From the NCBI GenBank assembly GCA_965202585.1, contig OZ241830.1, positions 28,706,001 to 28,770,000 of the forward strand: a stretch of DNA of 64,000 nucleotides, read 5' to 3'. Of this stretch, positions 39,269-54,200 are shown in pieces (within the stretch, counting starts at the first letter, position 1; the number at the start of each line of letters is the position of its first letter). The stretch is from Thalia democratica (Eukaryota). Under the pieces are notes generated by a model. The model searched no databases. It was given only the letters and a program-made list of their open reading frames with translations, and was not told the origin of the DNA. The translations under genes and the position numbers were made by a program.

Positions 39269-42200
39269 ATGCACATTACGACGAGTCTGTTGGTGATTGC
39301 AGCGACAATTTCCATTTGCGCGAATTGTCAACAATTATATATCCCTGGTGAGTCATGTTGATATATATACATCTAATAATAAGTAAAAAAAAACGATAAA
39401 TCAACTAATTGATTACTAATTAACCTTCGATTGAAATTTAACGCTAGAATGATTTTTTGCTTAATTATTTAAAACTGCCTTTGTTTAAAGCTTGAATAGT
39501 TTTATTGTTTCTTATAATTTGACAAAATCAGCTAGCCTCTCCGAAAACGATTGTTTTTGAAAAACTTCAAATTTACATTTTAGTAAATCTTACTTGTACG
39601 TAAAAGTGTACTAAAAATAGTGAGTATCGTCATATTTATTATCATTATTAATTACAAAATTAATACGTTTATGTACATATGTACAAGTCTAATAACGACT
39701 GTAGTGAGTTCAATTGATATACACATATAAATACAATGATCAAAGTTTTGTTGATAATTAGATTAAAACGGAAGCCACAACATAGTTACATGTGAGTCAC
39801 AATTCAACGTAGAGATAATTGCATGTTTGTGCAAAGATAATAGAGTAGTGACATATTCTGCTTGTTTATGCAGAGATAATAGAATCAGTAGACAATTTTA
39901 TTTGAGTTTTCACATCAGATAAGTTTTGAGTGATGTTTGTACTAAAAATAGAAGTCTGTAAACTTTCTTCTACCATATCATAATTCATTTATTATTGTTG
40001 TTTTTTAAACTAATGTTTCTAAGTTGTAAACAGTGGTTTTTGAACTATTAAAAGAATGTTTTCAAGTAACTTAACTTTGAATATTTTTTTATAATAAAAT
40101 AGTTTTAAGAAAATTTGTGCTTAAAAGTAATTATCTGCTTTATTTAATTATTTATTTAGCAAGATTCTATTCAAGCCTTTTTTATAAGCATTTATTGTTT
40201 GTAAAAAATATACATGAACATTTAAGCGTTGAATTAAATTTTTAAATGTCAAATTACGTTTTTTTGTTTGTTACTAAACTAATTGTGCTACTTTATAAAT
40301 TTTTTTTAATAATTTAAGCTAAAAATTAAAGCTAGAAAAAATACAACAACAGTTGTAAATCAAGATAAAACTAACAAAAAGTATTTTTATGATTCATCTT
40401 TTAGTTTAAACGAAATATCGTTTAAGTTTAGATAAACAAACACTACGTGCGTTTGACTGGGGATTTCAGTTTTTAGTGACGTAATTTTACTCTTTTTGTG
40501 ACGTCATTTCTCGATTGATTCGCTTCGAACGTGCTTGATGTTGCATCGTTACTGACTTGCTGCTGTTTGCTTAGTAAAAATGCTCGTTATTGGACTATTT
40601 TGCTTAAGTTTTATTGAAAACGGTTTTAAAAGTTTTAACACAAAATATTTTATGCAATACAGTTATGAATACACTGTTTAGCCGATAAAAATAACTTACA
40701 TATAGGTAAAAGCCAAAGTTTATTGACTCTTGTATTAGTTCCATTGAAAACATAACTGAGAGTTTAAGTCCATAAAAAAGGTTTTTTAAAATTTGCATGC
40801 AAAATGAAATATTTTTACAACTGTTTATATATTGATTTGTAGGTTTTAAAATTAGCATAACAATAAAGGTCTAATTAATTTAGAATGTAAAAGGGCGGAC
40901 AACTTATAAACAGAAGTTCTATCAGTGAGTGCAAAAAAGATAATAAATTATGATTAAATAAACATCATAAATACCTATATTACGTTATAAGCATACTAAT
41001 GATAAAAACAAATATTTGCTTTCAAAGTTTTCTCATTTAATTGAGTTAAAAAAAACAAAATTATAAATCATAATCATAAAAACCTTAATTTGATTCGGAC
41101 TTTAAAGCTATGTTATAAATAAGGTTTGATCGTGCCAATCCGGTCATCAATTTGATTTTTTTTAGTTTTAAAAGTACAAATCAAAACAAAGACTACCAAA
41201 TATGATCGATGTTAATTGAAAAATTGATTTCAAGCATTTAATTGAATAGTAAATTAAAAATTTAGTATGGAAGTCTCAGTTAGTACTTTTTAACCAACAA
41301 ATTAGGAATTCACTTCAAAGTAACATGTTTGTTCCCAACGTTACTGCAAAAAAAACTTTACAGAAAATGTGATTTTATATTGTATATTATTAACTTCTTT
41401 TCTGTGATTACCGTGCTTATACACGTGAAACAGCTTGTCAAAAAAAAAAAATTCAGCTTAAAATTTTTTCGCAACTCAAAACCAAACTTTGCAGATGAAT
41501 ACGAAATATGTTTTGTGTTGGGCGATATTCTCATGCTGATGTTAAATTATGTATAAAGCAAAAAAAAAATTAAAATGGAAATCTTTTCAAGTACTTAAAA
41601 TAATACATTTAGAACCAACTTTAAAATAATATGTTGATTCTAAGCGGATTAAACTTCACAGGCGGATACGAAATATGCTCGCAGTTGCACAAAGGGTTAG
41701 AGTACACGGAGTTCTTGACGACCATCGAACACACTGGGGGCCATTCCGGCCACCACCACAAATTCCCCTCCACCACTAGGTGCGAGTGGCGATACGAAGT
41801 GAAGTTAATAAAAAATTGTTGGAAAAAATTAAACTTGAACAGATTCATTTACATTATTTTTATATTTTATTTTATAGTTATATTTATCATATTTTATATT
41901 ATATTTTACATTTTTTTTATATTTTATACTAAATAGTATATTATATTATTTTACTGTTAACTTTTAATAAATTTATAACGCTTAGTAAGAGATACGAAGC
42001 CGCCAGCATACCGACGAAGTTATTAATCCACATACCCCAACTCACCTACGCCGCAAAATTTCTTGAGGTTTGGTTTGTTATTAATATTCGAATTCAGTTA
42101 AATTTTTATATTTTTACATTTGTTTATTATCATCAATATACCCACGTGTTTGGTCATTAAAATACCCAGACTAGAATACGAATCACTTACGCAAAATAAG

Positions 42201-45200
42201 TTTTTCAGGTTTTTTCTAATTAGTATACCTACATTTTTGTTAACTTTATTTTCATTAATACAATTTTCTTGAGGTTTTGTTTAAAATAATAACGTTATAG
42301 TACATTTAATAATTTTATTATCATTGTCACCATGATTTTTATTTGTTTCATACTTTATATAAATTTATTACTATCAACACACCCACGATATTGATCATCC
42401 AAATACCCAAACTCACCCAAACCACCAACTTTCTTTAGGTTTTGTCTGCAGTAATAATAAAAATTATAATTTTTAAATTTCCCGCTATGCTAAATCTTTG
42501 TGTTTTTGTTCTTTGTGTTTTTGTTGTATTTGTAATTTACTTAAAGTATAAAAGCTATGTCGTTTTTCAATAGCTTAGTAACGAATAAATTGAAAATACT
42601 TCAATCAAGTTGTGGGTTAAAATAAAAGCTTTGTAGATTATGGTATCTTTAAGTTTTAATGAACGTTCGTTGTATAAATTTCTCATTTGAATATTTTTAA
42701 CTATATCACAAGTCACTTACGTCGTAGGTTTTTTTTTAAATTCTATCTTGCCATTTAGTGTGAGGATGAATTTAGGATACCTCCAACCTAAATGAGAGCA
42801 CTCATTCTACAAGGTGCACTGTGGTTAAACTGTTTAAAGTTTTGAAAATGACTAAAACAAAACAAAAACTTCTCAGTATAAAAACAATGATGCATAGTTT
42901 TAATGCACAAAAGGTAAAATTCAACACAAAAATTCAACTTCAAACAACTTTATTATACTAAAAAGCAATTAAAAGATTTGTTGCGGCGATTTTCTTTGAA
43001 GTTCGCGTTTCGAGTTGAGTCACGGTAGTAATTGGACTTTCATGCGCCGACAGTTTCGCGATTTATGACGAGACAATCGCTTATGTGACGTCATCAATAA
43101 TTTTGATGTGAAGTATCTCTTCAGTCACGTTGACTGTTTAGAAAAATTGACCTTACTTGACAAATAAAAAAACAAGAGTTCGATTTTTTTTTGTAAAACA
43201 CTGTCAAGTTTATATATTTATCTAAAAAGACGTATAATTACCAGCGAGTAAAAACAATCACTATCGAAACGCCAACATTAAACAAAATAAATAAACATTT
43301 TAAATAAAAAGTTAAAACATTTTAAAATAATTTTTAAATAATAAATTTCTATACTGCAAACCAGCAAAGTACAAACATTTTGTTAATAAACATGTTGTTA
43401 CTAATCGTTCAACCCTTCCATACTTGTTTACAACTTCAAATCATTAAAAACTAAATCATTCAAACTTCGTATCACATTTTACCGAGTTATCAAAGCAAAC
43501 GCCATCACATGTCAAGGCAAAGTGCACAAGACGAGCTTAAAAAAAAGTTAATTATCGGTGTTGAATTGAACTAAATTTTGCAGATAATCAACTTCGACGC
43601 AAACACTACGCTGTTCAAAGGTCGAGAACACGACGGTCCGGAAAATGACGTCACAGTTGAAAGTGAGGGCAGAAAAGTGGCGGTCCGCTTCGACATACCG
43701 AACGAGCAACTTTCCAACGCAAACCTGACCAGCGTCGAAATCTGGATACTCACTGGTCAGCACTTTTTGTTGTTTTGTCAGTTGTTTTGGCTTGAGAGTT
43801 TTTCAAGTTCTACCTTGGTTCGGTTTTTGAATAAGTTGGTGAAATTTCAGTTTAAAACGTTTAAAAAAGTGTACTGTTGTACGAAAAAGTTCGTAAATTA
43901 TGTTTACTTTTGTTTAAGTTTAAACACTGTTGTTGTTTGAGGGTTTTCTTAACTCATTTTCAAAAACTCCCCCAGATATTAATTGTAATCGGCCCAATTT
44001 GCTAAAAATCGCTCCGTTACTTGTTAATTACATCTTTTATTTTTCGGTGCCAAAATTATCAGTACCCCCTGGTAGCCTTAACCGTTTCTAAATAGGCGAT
44101 ATTTCCTACTTGGGAAAACCGTGTTTATAAAATTAACAATTATAAAACAGTGTTTTTAAAAATTTAACATTTAAAATTTTATTAACAAATTAAAAAAGTT
44201 TAAAGCTTTTGAGACCAATTGTTTGATTTTTTATGCAACGTTTTGCTGGTTTTGTAGAATAGAAACAACACAAAAAAAAATTACAACAACTTTCATTAGT
44301 TATAAGGCAAAAACTTTTGGTGTTATGTTAGTTTTGTGTAAGTGTTGTTTACTTATACATGTTTTTCTAAAGCTGTATAAAAACAAACACACTTACTTGG
44401 AAGTAGGCAGTTATAATAAAGTATTTTTTATCCATGCATTAAGTGTAGACTACAATTAAGTAGCCAAACATTTTTTTTGCCTAAATGCACATTTAAAGGT
44501 AGAAATTTTTACTAAAACTTTTTAACTGTTGTTGCATCCTATAAAACTAAATTAGATTTTAGAATTTAGCTTTTGTTTTTACAAAAAAATTACTTTTCAT
44601 TCATTTCTTTTTTTCGGATTTGTATAATAACTGTAAAATATCAAATGAACACGGGAATAAAAATAAAATTTTCGTTCATGCTTATAAAAAGTACATAATC
44701 AAACTTCTAACTTTATAATAAAAAAACTTACTGATGCCATAAACTTTAAGACTAAATAGAATTTGTCAGAAGCTCATAATCATCAATATTTACTCCCTGC
44801 AAATCCGTTTTGGCAGACGTTTGTTTTTCAAACGTTTTTCAAAGTGCTTCGGTTTTATCGTTGCTGACATGCTTATCTATAAAACTGACAGGCGGCACAA
44901 AAAAATAAGAGATTTTAAATTATTGTTTCCAATAAAAAGTTTTTGCTTGTAACTCTAAAATTGTTATTTTATTTTTGTTAAAACTGAAAAGTTATTTTGC
45001 TCCGTTCATATGTGCGAACAAGTATTTTATTTAAGCCGACTAAAACAAAGAGTGACAATAATAACTGATTGTTAAAAAGGCTGAACTACTTATTATTGCC
45101 TGACAATAAACTAAAACAGAAAGGTTCAAACACAAACTTGTGATCTAAAAACATTTACAACAATTTTAAATATGCAGCCTGTTTGGTTATAACAGCCAAG

Positions 45201-48200
45201 TCATTTGTTACCGCCTAAAAAGCTAAAAGAAAGTTATAAGTATATTCTGTAACGTAAGTTTAAATATAAGTTTAAAAGTCTCAACCATCGTTACGCTCGT
45301 TTTTCTTTTGCAGTGTGCGCCGAGCTGGTTGTCTTGGAAGAGGGAAAGTCCCTAACTTACAACACCGACCTTTTATTAAATTGCCCGAAGCTGACCGTGG
45401 TCACTGGTCCGGGCTGGCGTGTCAGGGCTGTTTTCAACACAAAAAATAATCATTTCTTCGAGGTGGTTTAATTTTTTTAGTTTTATAGTTTTTTTTACAT
45501 AAAATCAATTAAATTAGTTATTTAAAATCAGTTTAGTTATAACTATTAAGAAAAATGAATTAATTTTTTAAGACAAACCTTTTGATACATTCGGGTTATT
45601 TTATTGTGTTAGTATTTTATTTGATATTTATTTGCTTATATTTTATATTTTTATAAATTTAGTCGGATCATTTTAAAGAAGTTTTATTACTATTATTATT
45701 TGTTAAAGACTTTTAAAGGCAAGCTACAACTCCATAAGTTTAAATGTAATTCACAAAACAAATACAAAGATATTTTTTTAGAAAAGTTTTTATTTACGCA
45801 CTAAAAAAAAGTAAACTAAAGTATGTTGTTAGTAAAACAGACAAACCGTACTTTTAATTGATTTTAAGCTTGAAAGTGTTGCTGAAAATACATTTTTGAA
45901 AAAACCTTTAATAAACAGGTTTGTTATACGAAATCAAACGAATCATCCAGTAACAGAATCGGGTATTTCCCCAACGCAGAAACCAACGAATTGACGTCAC
46001 CTTCGCACTACATAACCGTTACGTCATCGAGTAACAGACTTGACTATGACATGAACGTAATCTACTCGTCTGTTATTGGTTAGTACTTTAAAAAGGTTAT
46101 TTTAGGTAAATGTTTTAATATTTATGAAAGTGGTACATGTCTTTATTAAATAAGTTTTGTAGAATTAAAATGTTTTCAAGATAAAAAAAATCATCAAAAA
46201 AGAAAGCTGAAGTTTTGAGAAATGGCTTTTTGAAGAAACACTTGCTATTTTGTATATAAAACGATCCTTTAAAACATTTTAAAGTTTTAAAAGAACTTAA
46301 ATGAGAACTAGTAACTTAATTTGTAGATTTATTTCAGTTAGTTTTAAATTGTTATAGCTTTACAGCTAATATATAAATAATTGGATAGGTCTTAGTTTTA
46401 CCTACTACTTAAGTTTACAGATATTCTTACTAGATTCAAACTAATAATTTGTTTAATATTATATATAAATTTATGAGTTGTCTATTTTATATTATATTGA
46501 GTATCAAAAGTGTGATTTTAAAAACTCGCTTTGTTAAATTTTTGTGTAGTATACTATACATGTAAAAGTTAACACTTTAAATACTAGTAAAAAGTTTCAA
46601 ATAATTTTAATAAAAAAATTATTATAGATGTTAAGGACGATATCAAGCAAAAAGAAGCTCGTAATAAAAGAATTAAAGGTTTGTAAAATATTGTAAAGAA
46701 TGACTTTGTATAAAAATGGAAATTATTTTTAATATTTTAGCTGAATTTAAATTTTGTGCGGGTATAATAAAAAGCTAATCATATTTATTTTCAACTAAAA
46801 TTTAAAATGGCAATCACACATAAATTTTTGTTTACAACTTATTTGCTTAAAATGGTTAAATTATGGTTTTGTGTTTGTTAAAAATGAGAAATACTTTCAT
46901 AATTAGAATTTTCGTGTCTAAAAGTAATTAAAGTTAAGACATAACAGTTTTAGCATTTAAATTTTTTTAATCTGAGTTTTATTAAAATATTTCAAAACAG
47001 TTACGTTTTACATCAATTTTCGCAAAATAACTGAAACCAAACTTAAAGTACGCAAACAAAACTCCTTTAACTAATTTGTAAAAGTATTCAAAATTTACAT
47101 ACACGATATATAATCTAATTATAATCCATAACAAAAACGAAGTAGTATTCATTCACGCTTTTTAAAAGTCTACGAAAAAATATATAAATATACAGTGATA
47201 AACGAGGTGAAACTTTCTGCTGCCTCGAACTTCACCTTCTTGTACTCACCGTCGGATGAACGGGGCAGATATCCGGATAACCAGAACGTTTGGTGGATGA
47301 TCGAGGCCCCGTGGAACCGACACATTCAGCTGCAGCTGTTCCGCTTCCAAACCGAAGACTGCTGCGACTACTTAAAGGTATTATTTTGAATTAAACTATA
47401 TTTAAAAAAAACTTTTTTTAACTTTTGCACATTTATTTTGCTCGGTATTTAAAAAAAAAAGCTTAAGAATTAAGACTGCTGCAAATATTTGAAAGTTTGA
47501 TCATATATCATAAAAAATATTTGATGAACTTGTTTTTTTGAAATATTTGAAATAATTTTTAGTTTTATTTTAAATATTTTACCTTTTTTTCAGCGACTAG
47601 TAAAAAGTTTGATTTTTTTTAATAAACAAATTCAAAGATATGTTCCAAGGTGTTTTCTTGTTTTTGGAAAAAAATAAACAAAATTAAAAATTAGTGTTTT
47701 GCTTTTACGTTATAATTTTGTAAAAAATATAATCAACTTCATAAAAAAAAATATATACCTTTAAATTTACATTCTATTGAAATTTTATTTTTTCACAGAT
47801 ATACTTGTAGTGGCAGCTTGTATAAATACATTTTCAAGAATACTTTTTATGTTGCTCTTTGTTGTTTTTACAATTTTTTTTTTGTACCAAACTCACAGAT
47901 ATACTCGGAGGGGGAGTTTGGTATCCTGCAGGAGGAGAACCTGGTTGCGGAATACAGGGGCCACTACAAACCTGACAACCTGAAAGCGCACCTGATACCT
48001 TCCAGGAGGATATACCTGAATTTCGTTTCGGATAACAAGAAGAACGGGCAAGGATTCATGCTCAGCTATAAGTCAACTGGTAAGAATATGTTGTTTGTTT
48101 TTGTATTTGTTTAGTTTTATTTTCTTTTACGTGTTGTGTTTTATGTCATTGTAGTTTTTTGTGTCGTGTTAATAATTCGTTTGTCTAAACATTAAATAAT

Positions 48201-51200
48201 ATTATTTAATTATAAGACATCAACTTATTTTAGCTTTTCTTGTCTTATAATTCCCAGCTAGCAGTCCCCAGTAAATAGTGTTATTTATTTATTTATTTAT
48301 TTTTAAACCACCTCAATTTTAGTTGTAACCACAGAAGGACAGCAGTGCGGCGGAAACTATTTCATTCATCCGCAAGACAGCGCTACGGAGCTAACGAGCC
48401 TGAATTTCCCGCGCATTTACAACAACGAAGACGACTGCTGGTGGCAGATAGCGACTTCAAGCGGATATAATATCAGGATGGAGGTGAACTTCTTCAACAC
48501 GGAAGACTGCTGCGATAAACTATTTGTTTGTTTTTGTTTTATCTAAAGGTTATTTACGTAACTAATTTTGTAAAGTTTTAGTAAATCTTTGAATTAAATA
48601 AACCTTTTTTATTCTTACCTAGCTAGGTTTCTTGAAGTGTTCTCAAGTGTTTGACTTATTGCTAAATTAACACATTAATTTTGGCTATATTTGATTGTAA
48701 GATGTATTTTTGCATTATTAAAAGAGTCTTTTCAAATATACGATACAACAGAAACCACAACTTTTTTTTACATAAACAAAATAATTAGTATTTTATCCAT
48801 AACTTAAATTAAATTTATACAAAAAAATATTCGACAAAATATACATTAAAGATATACGACACATTGGAGCCGGAGCTCGCCACTTCTCAAAACTTGAACA
48901 GCGTGTTCAGCGGAAACGTGTTCAAACCTTTCCTTGTGACGTCACAACCCTACGTTCTGCTTCACTTCACATCTGACGACTACAATTCGTACCAGGGTTT
49001 CAACATAAGCGTGAGAGCAGGTTAAAAAAAAAAACATTATTAAGTTATTTTTTAATAAAAAGGTACGAATATTTGAAGTATTATTAGATTGGTTGGAGTG
49101 AAAATAAATCTCGTCTCAAGTTTAAATGCTTTTATACATTAGCAATAACGGTTTTTAAAAGAATTCCAATTTTTTTCTTCGTAAAAATATTACTAACAAA
49201 TTCTTAGTTCCTGCCGAGCCGGATGAGGATCATTTTCAAGATCTTCATTACACGGACATAGGAGAGGATTATTATGACAATGAGTTAGGAGAAGCTGTTG
49301 ATGAGAAAGAATTATCAGAAGGAACCAGTGAGTTTCTTATTTGTTTATTTTAATTGCAAGATTTTTACCAAATAAGAAGTTTAAACTGGCTTACACGTTA
49401 AAAACAAACAAAAACGCGTGTGACTTTAATTTGATTTTTGATTTTAAAAGATAATAACTTATTTTTAGTTTCTTTGGTATGGTTCTCATAAAAAAATAGT
49501 TTTTTCTTTAATCTTTAAAACTTATTGTTATAACTAAACACAATAGTTTGTTTAAAACAAGTTTTAAATTAATATATGGTTTTATTCTACCTAAGTTTCT
49601 GAACTTATATTAATAAACTTTCGAATTACAATACTAAATTTCAGAAACAGTTTCCAGTTAACTTATTTAAATGAAACTTTTTAGCTGAAATAAATGTAAT
49701 TTATTGTAGATTGATTCGTTTAAAAACTTGTATACAGCTACTTATCGTAATTTTGTGACATAATAAACTAGTATGTTTTTTGTTCTGTTTATGTATTTTT
49801 ACAATTAGCTTAAAAGTTTAAATTTTTAGTTTCAGCCATTATAGGATAAAACTCAAATCGTAGTTTAATACTTTCTTTTTATAACAAAGTTATTAATGAA
49901 AGAAAAAAAAAAGAAAAAATATAATTGCAATTTTGAAGTAAACAAGAAATGTTTTATAATGTATTAAAATTACTAATATTCAAAGGTACGGACGTATGCG
50001 GACCAATGCAACTCGCAGCCAATCACAAGCAACAAGGAGTGCTGACGTCACCCGGCCACAATGATGACGTCAATTACCCGCCAAATCTGGACTGCAGGTA
50101 ATATACTGAGTTTCGCTAAGACTTTCCTCAACAATTGCTTTACTTATTTTATCATTATAAAAAAACAAATAAAGAACGACTCAATTACTTTCGTAGCTAT
50201 CTATCAGCTACGCTTTAATTTAAAAAATACTACCTGATGACGTAAATAACCTGCCATTTCAGGTGGACCATAACCGCGCCTGAAAACATGAAGGTTCTCA
50301 TCAGGGTGTACGCAAATTTCGAAACCGAAGAGTGCTGCGATAAGTTGAAGGTTGGGTTTTGTTTTGTGTTATTTTGTTTACCTTATATGGTTAGAATCAA
50401 GCTAATTGATGTTTTGTTATCGTTTCTTTTATGGATTCTTCATTACTACTATGAATAGTTTTTTAACTTTAATAAATTTAACTTTTGTTAATTAAGTTAA
50501 CTAATTTAAATAAGTTATAGCAATTAAGATCAAATTATGTTAATTAAGTTAATTAATTTAAATAAGTTATAGCAATTAAGATCAACGTAAAAATATGTAG
50601 ATCTACTTAAAAAACAAATGTTGTTGTAATTTAACTAAACAAGTGTACAACGACTACAAAACAAAGGCTTGTTAAACTGAGGACATACTAAACTATTTTT
50701 TTTCTACATACCAAAATTTTCCTTAATGTGTATATCTTTTGAAGTGAAAAGTAAAAGATAAAAAATAACATAAGTGCAAAATAATAAATACAAACTGTTT
50801 TCTCTGTTTTTTATAACTATCTTATTGTTTATGTAAAACTATAAAACTTGTAAACTCATGTTTAAAAAAATTTATCCAGATATACAACGTTATGGACGTG
50901 AACGACTACAAAAACACGGACAACCCCATGGTGGTCTCAGGTTTCAGGCGGGAGTCCATCCTGTACATGTCCGGGTTCAACTACGTCGACCTCTCGTTCA
51001 CCACCGACGCCAGGGGGCAGCACAGGGGGTGGCTGCTGACGTACGAGGCCGTGAACCCGCTCGATTACGAAGGAGAACTGGTGGATGTAGAAGGTTCGTT
51101 TGTTTTAATTCTTTTTTTATTATGTTTTTAACAAGGTCGGATTCGTACATTTTTCACACTTGAGTTAGCTTTCAAGCCAACGAAATTTTGTTTTGAACAG

Positions 51201-54200
51201 CGGCAACGCGTAATGACGTCATAAGGTTTGGGAAGCTATGTAAGTATTGGTGATTGCTCAATTCTTTTTGCTTTTTAATACTTGCAATATGCATACTTTA
51301 AAATATAGTACAATAATGTCTGGAGCAAACTTATTATTAAATTTAATTATCAATGATGTTACCAAGAATCAGCACCAGTTGTAAGTTCAATAACTTCAAA
51401 GAATCTTCAACTAGTTGTTTAACTATGCTACATATGTCCTGTGAACCGGGAAATATTTCCCCAATGAACACTGCACTGTTTAAAAGTTGTAGTACATACG
51501 TAATAGATACTAAAAAAGTCAGACGTCTCAGATAATTAACTAAGTTTACCCATTAACATGCTAACTGTTAAGATAAGTACGCACAAACCAATTAAGGTTT
51601 GAATAGTGTGCTGTAGTAACAGTATAACTTGAGAGACTAAATAAACAAATAAATAAATAAATATATATATACCTGATAAGTTTTTAATTACCTATCATGG
51701 TTTGCAAAACACAACAATTAACTCGCAAGGTAAATAAACATCCTAAGTGTTTTAGTTCAACTAAATATACATATTTGTTTTACCCATTAAAGTTATTGTG
51801 TTTTTGGGGTCGTAGTTTTTTTATTTTAATTTTTCATTATTACAAACAATAACAACATGCAGAGTATAAAAGGTACGATATCACTGACCTGGTGGCAACC
51901 GATCATCCGAACAACCTGACCACCCCCGGTTTTCCGTACGGACCCAAGATCAACATCGAGTGCTGGTGGGTTATCCAGACTCACACCAACAAGTCGGTGC
52001 ATCTCAACTTCCACGATTTCGAAACTTGGGGTAACGAGCTTGAGGTTTGTTGATGAAACTTGTAGTGATAATGAGCTTTGTTTACTTTTATTGAAGAACT
52101 TGGAGTTTGTTAACACTTTTTATGTATGAAAGTTTTTCAGCCTATTTTACCTTTTAACGAAATAGAAGTTTGTTGAGTTTACACTTGTAATAATATAATT
52201 TATATAAAAGAAAGTTGGTAGGCAGTTATTTACTAAGGACTTGCTGATTTTAACTCAATATAGTTTTTAATTATTGTTTGCTGATTACTAAATGCATGAA
52301 TTACGGAATTTTTTTTTTTTTCACGAAACAAGAGGTAACGTGTTAGAGGCTAGTTGGGTTTTTCGCTGGTAATGATTAGAAAAATATAAACGAAGCTAAG
52401 GGTAAGGAGCTTATTTAGTATTATTAAACAGGTAACAAATTGATAATATTTCAATTTGCAAAAATGTATTCGCTTTTTAAAAATTTTAACTCACTTTTAT
52501 TACGAAGCTTAAAATTTAGTTTATACTTTATTTACATATATGTGTAATTTTGTTGTGTGTTTTACTTGCTTCACTAGTAAACTTAAAATTTGCTAATTTT
52601 AACTAAGTATTTTATTAACTATTATAATTTTTTTTTCTCTATACATTTGCGTTTTGTTTTCTAGCTTAGTTACATTGACTAGCTCCAATTTAAACATGTT
52701 TTCTTTGTTTGCATTAACAATTTTAAGTAGTTTTTAACTACTTTTCATAGAAAAGTTTTCAAGAGTTGCAAATAAAGTAAAATATTTTGTTTGTTTTTAT
52801 TCGTCTAGAGAAATTATAAACTTTATTTTTAGGTTGCAAATATTTTTTACACTTTTAAAAAATTTCACGACCAGATATAAAAACTACAAATTTTATCATT
52901 AGTGAATGTCAATATTTACTAATTTTAACACTTAATGTACTTAAATATACTGTCTTTAAAAAATTCAACAAAATAATTTTTTTATAAGGTAAACTTAGCT
53001 AAAAGCGGGTAAAGTCAGTAAAAAGGTAGCGTTTCAAAAACTTGTTGCTTTATATGGTTTTCATGTTTCCTTTAAAAGGCTAACAAAAACCTAAAATCTG
53101 AAACAGTTTTAGTTATCACCTGGTCTTTTATTTAAATTTGGCCTAATTTGAGTTTTAAACCTTATGTCGGAAACATACGAAAATAACTGACACTACATAG
53201 AACAAATGCTCAAAGTTTTCAACTACCTTTTTATTTTCAGACACACAAAGTTCTAAAACGCAAAAGTTGTGTGTAAATTCTTTATTATATTGTTACAGTT
53301 ACATGAAAGTAGTTTACCTTGATAAGTTTACTGATAAAGAGACTAAATGTCTTACAATAATTAAAAGCTTGTACAATAAAAACAGAATAAACTCTACTTA
53401 TTTCACTCAAACAAAAAGTACGTTTGTTTGCATACTATAATACTAATTACCTTGTTCACAGTTTTACGCATAACTGTCTATAATAGAGCCATGCTAAAAT
53501 TACTTATTTTGTTAAATCTTAAAAACTTACACTTTTCAAAGCATGTGTAGCACAAACATAAATAAAGTGTTTTACAGTTTTACGCATCGCGAACGATAGA
53601 GGGCGCAAGTGAGCAGAACCTCGTTTTATCGCTGCAGGAATCACAGGTGCGACCCGGGTTCAATCTATTAAGCAGGGACTCCTTCATTACCATGCACTTC
53701 AAGTCGCGTGACAACTACGGACAGAGGGTGGCGTTCTGGATCACGTACACGGCTAAAGGTGACGTCATAGTAGTAAAATTTTCTTTAAAAAAAGTATATG
53801 TAATACGTATATTTTTTATATTTACTGTAAAACAAAAGCAACATGTTGCATATGTCTTACACCTAAAATTTGAAACTTTAGGTAGTTTGCAAAATTATGT
53901 TTATTTATAAAACTGAACCAAAGTTTACTGTTTGTACAAAAAAACTTGTTATACTTTTAACCAAGTAAAAAAATTAACTGCACTGTACAATTACGAGATT
54001 TGATAAAAGTTATTGAAACAAAGCAATATCGACAAGGAGAAGTGACGTCATAGTCAAGTTTTCCAGCAGTATCATAATTAAACGTTGTTTGCAAAATATT
54101 TTCAAAGTTTTTCTCAACAACTAATAAACTACTACTAGTTTTAAACAGAATGTGTAATACAAAGTTAAATTACTTCTCTACTTCTAAATTTTTTATAGTA

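Noticed and set aside
50490-50586. ~52-bp two-copy tandem duplication in an intron
   Set aside because: Ordinary slippage duplication with no sign of function.
51201-51225. Possible 25-nt micro-exon (AATRNDVI) splicing to the acceptor at 51872
   Set aside because: Phase-compatible, but direct splicing to 51863 explains the gene equally well. Left out of the model pending RNA-seq.
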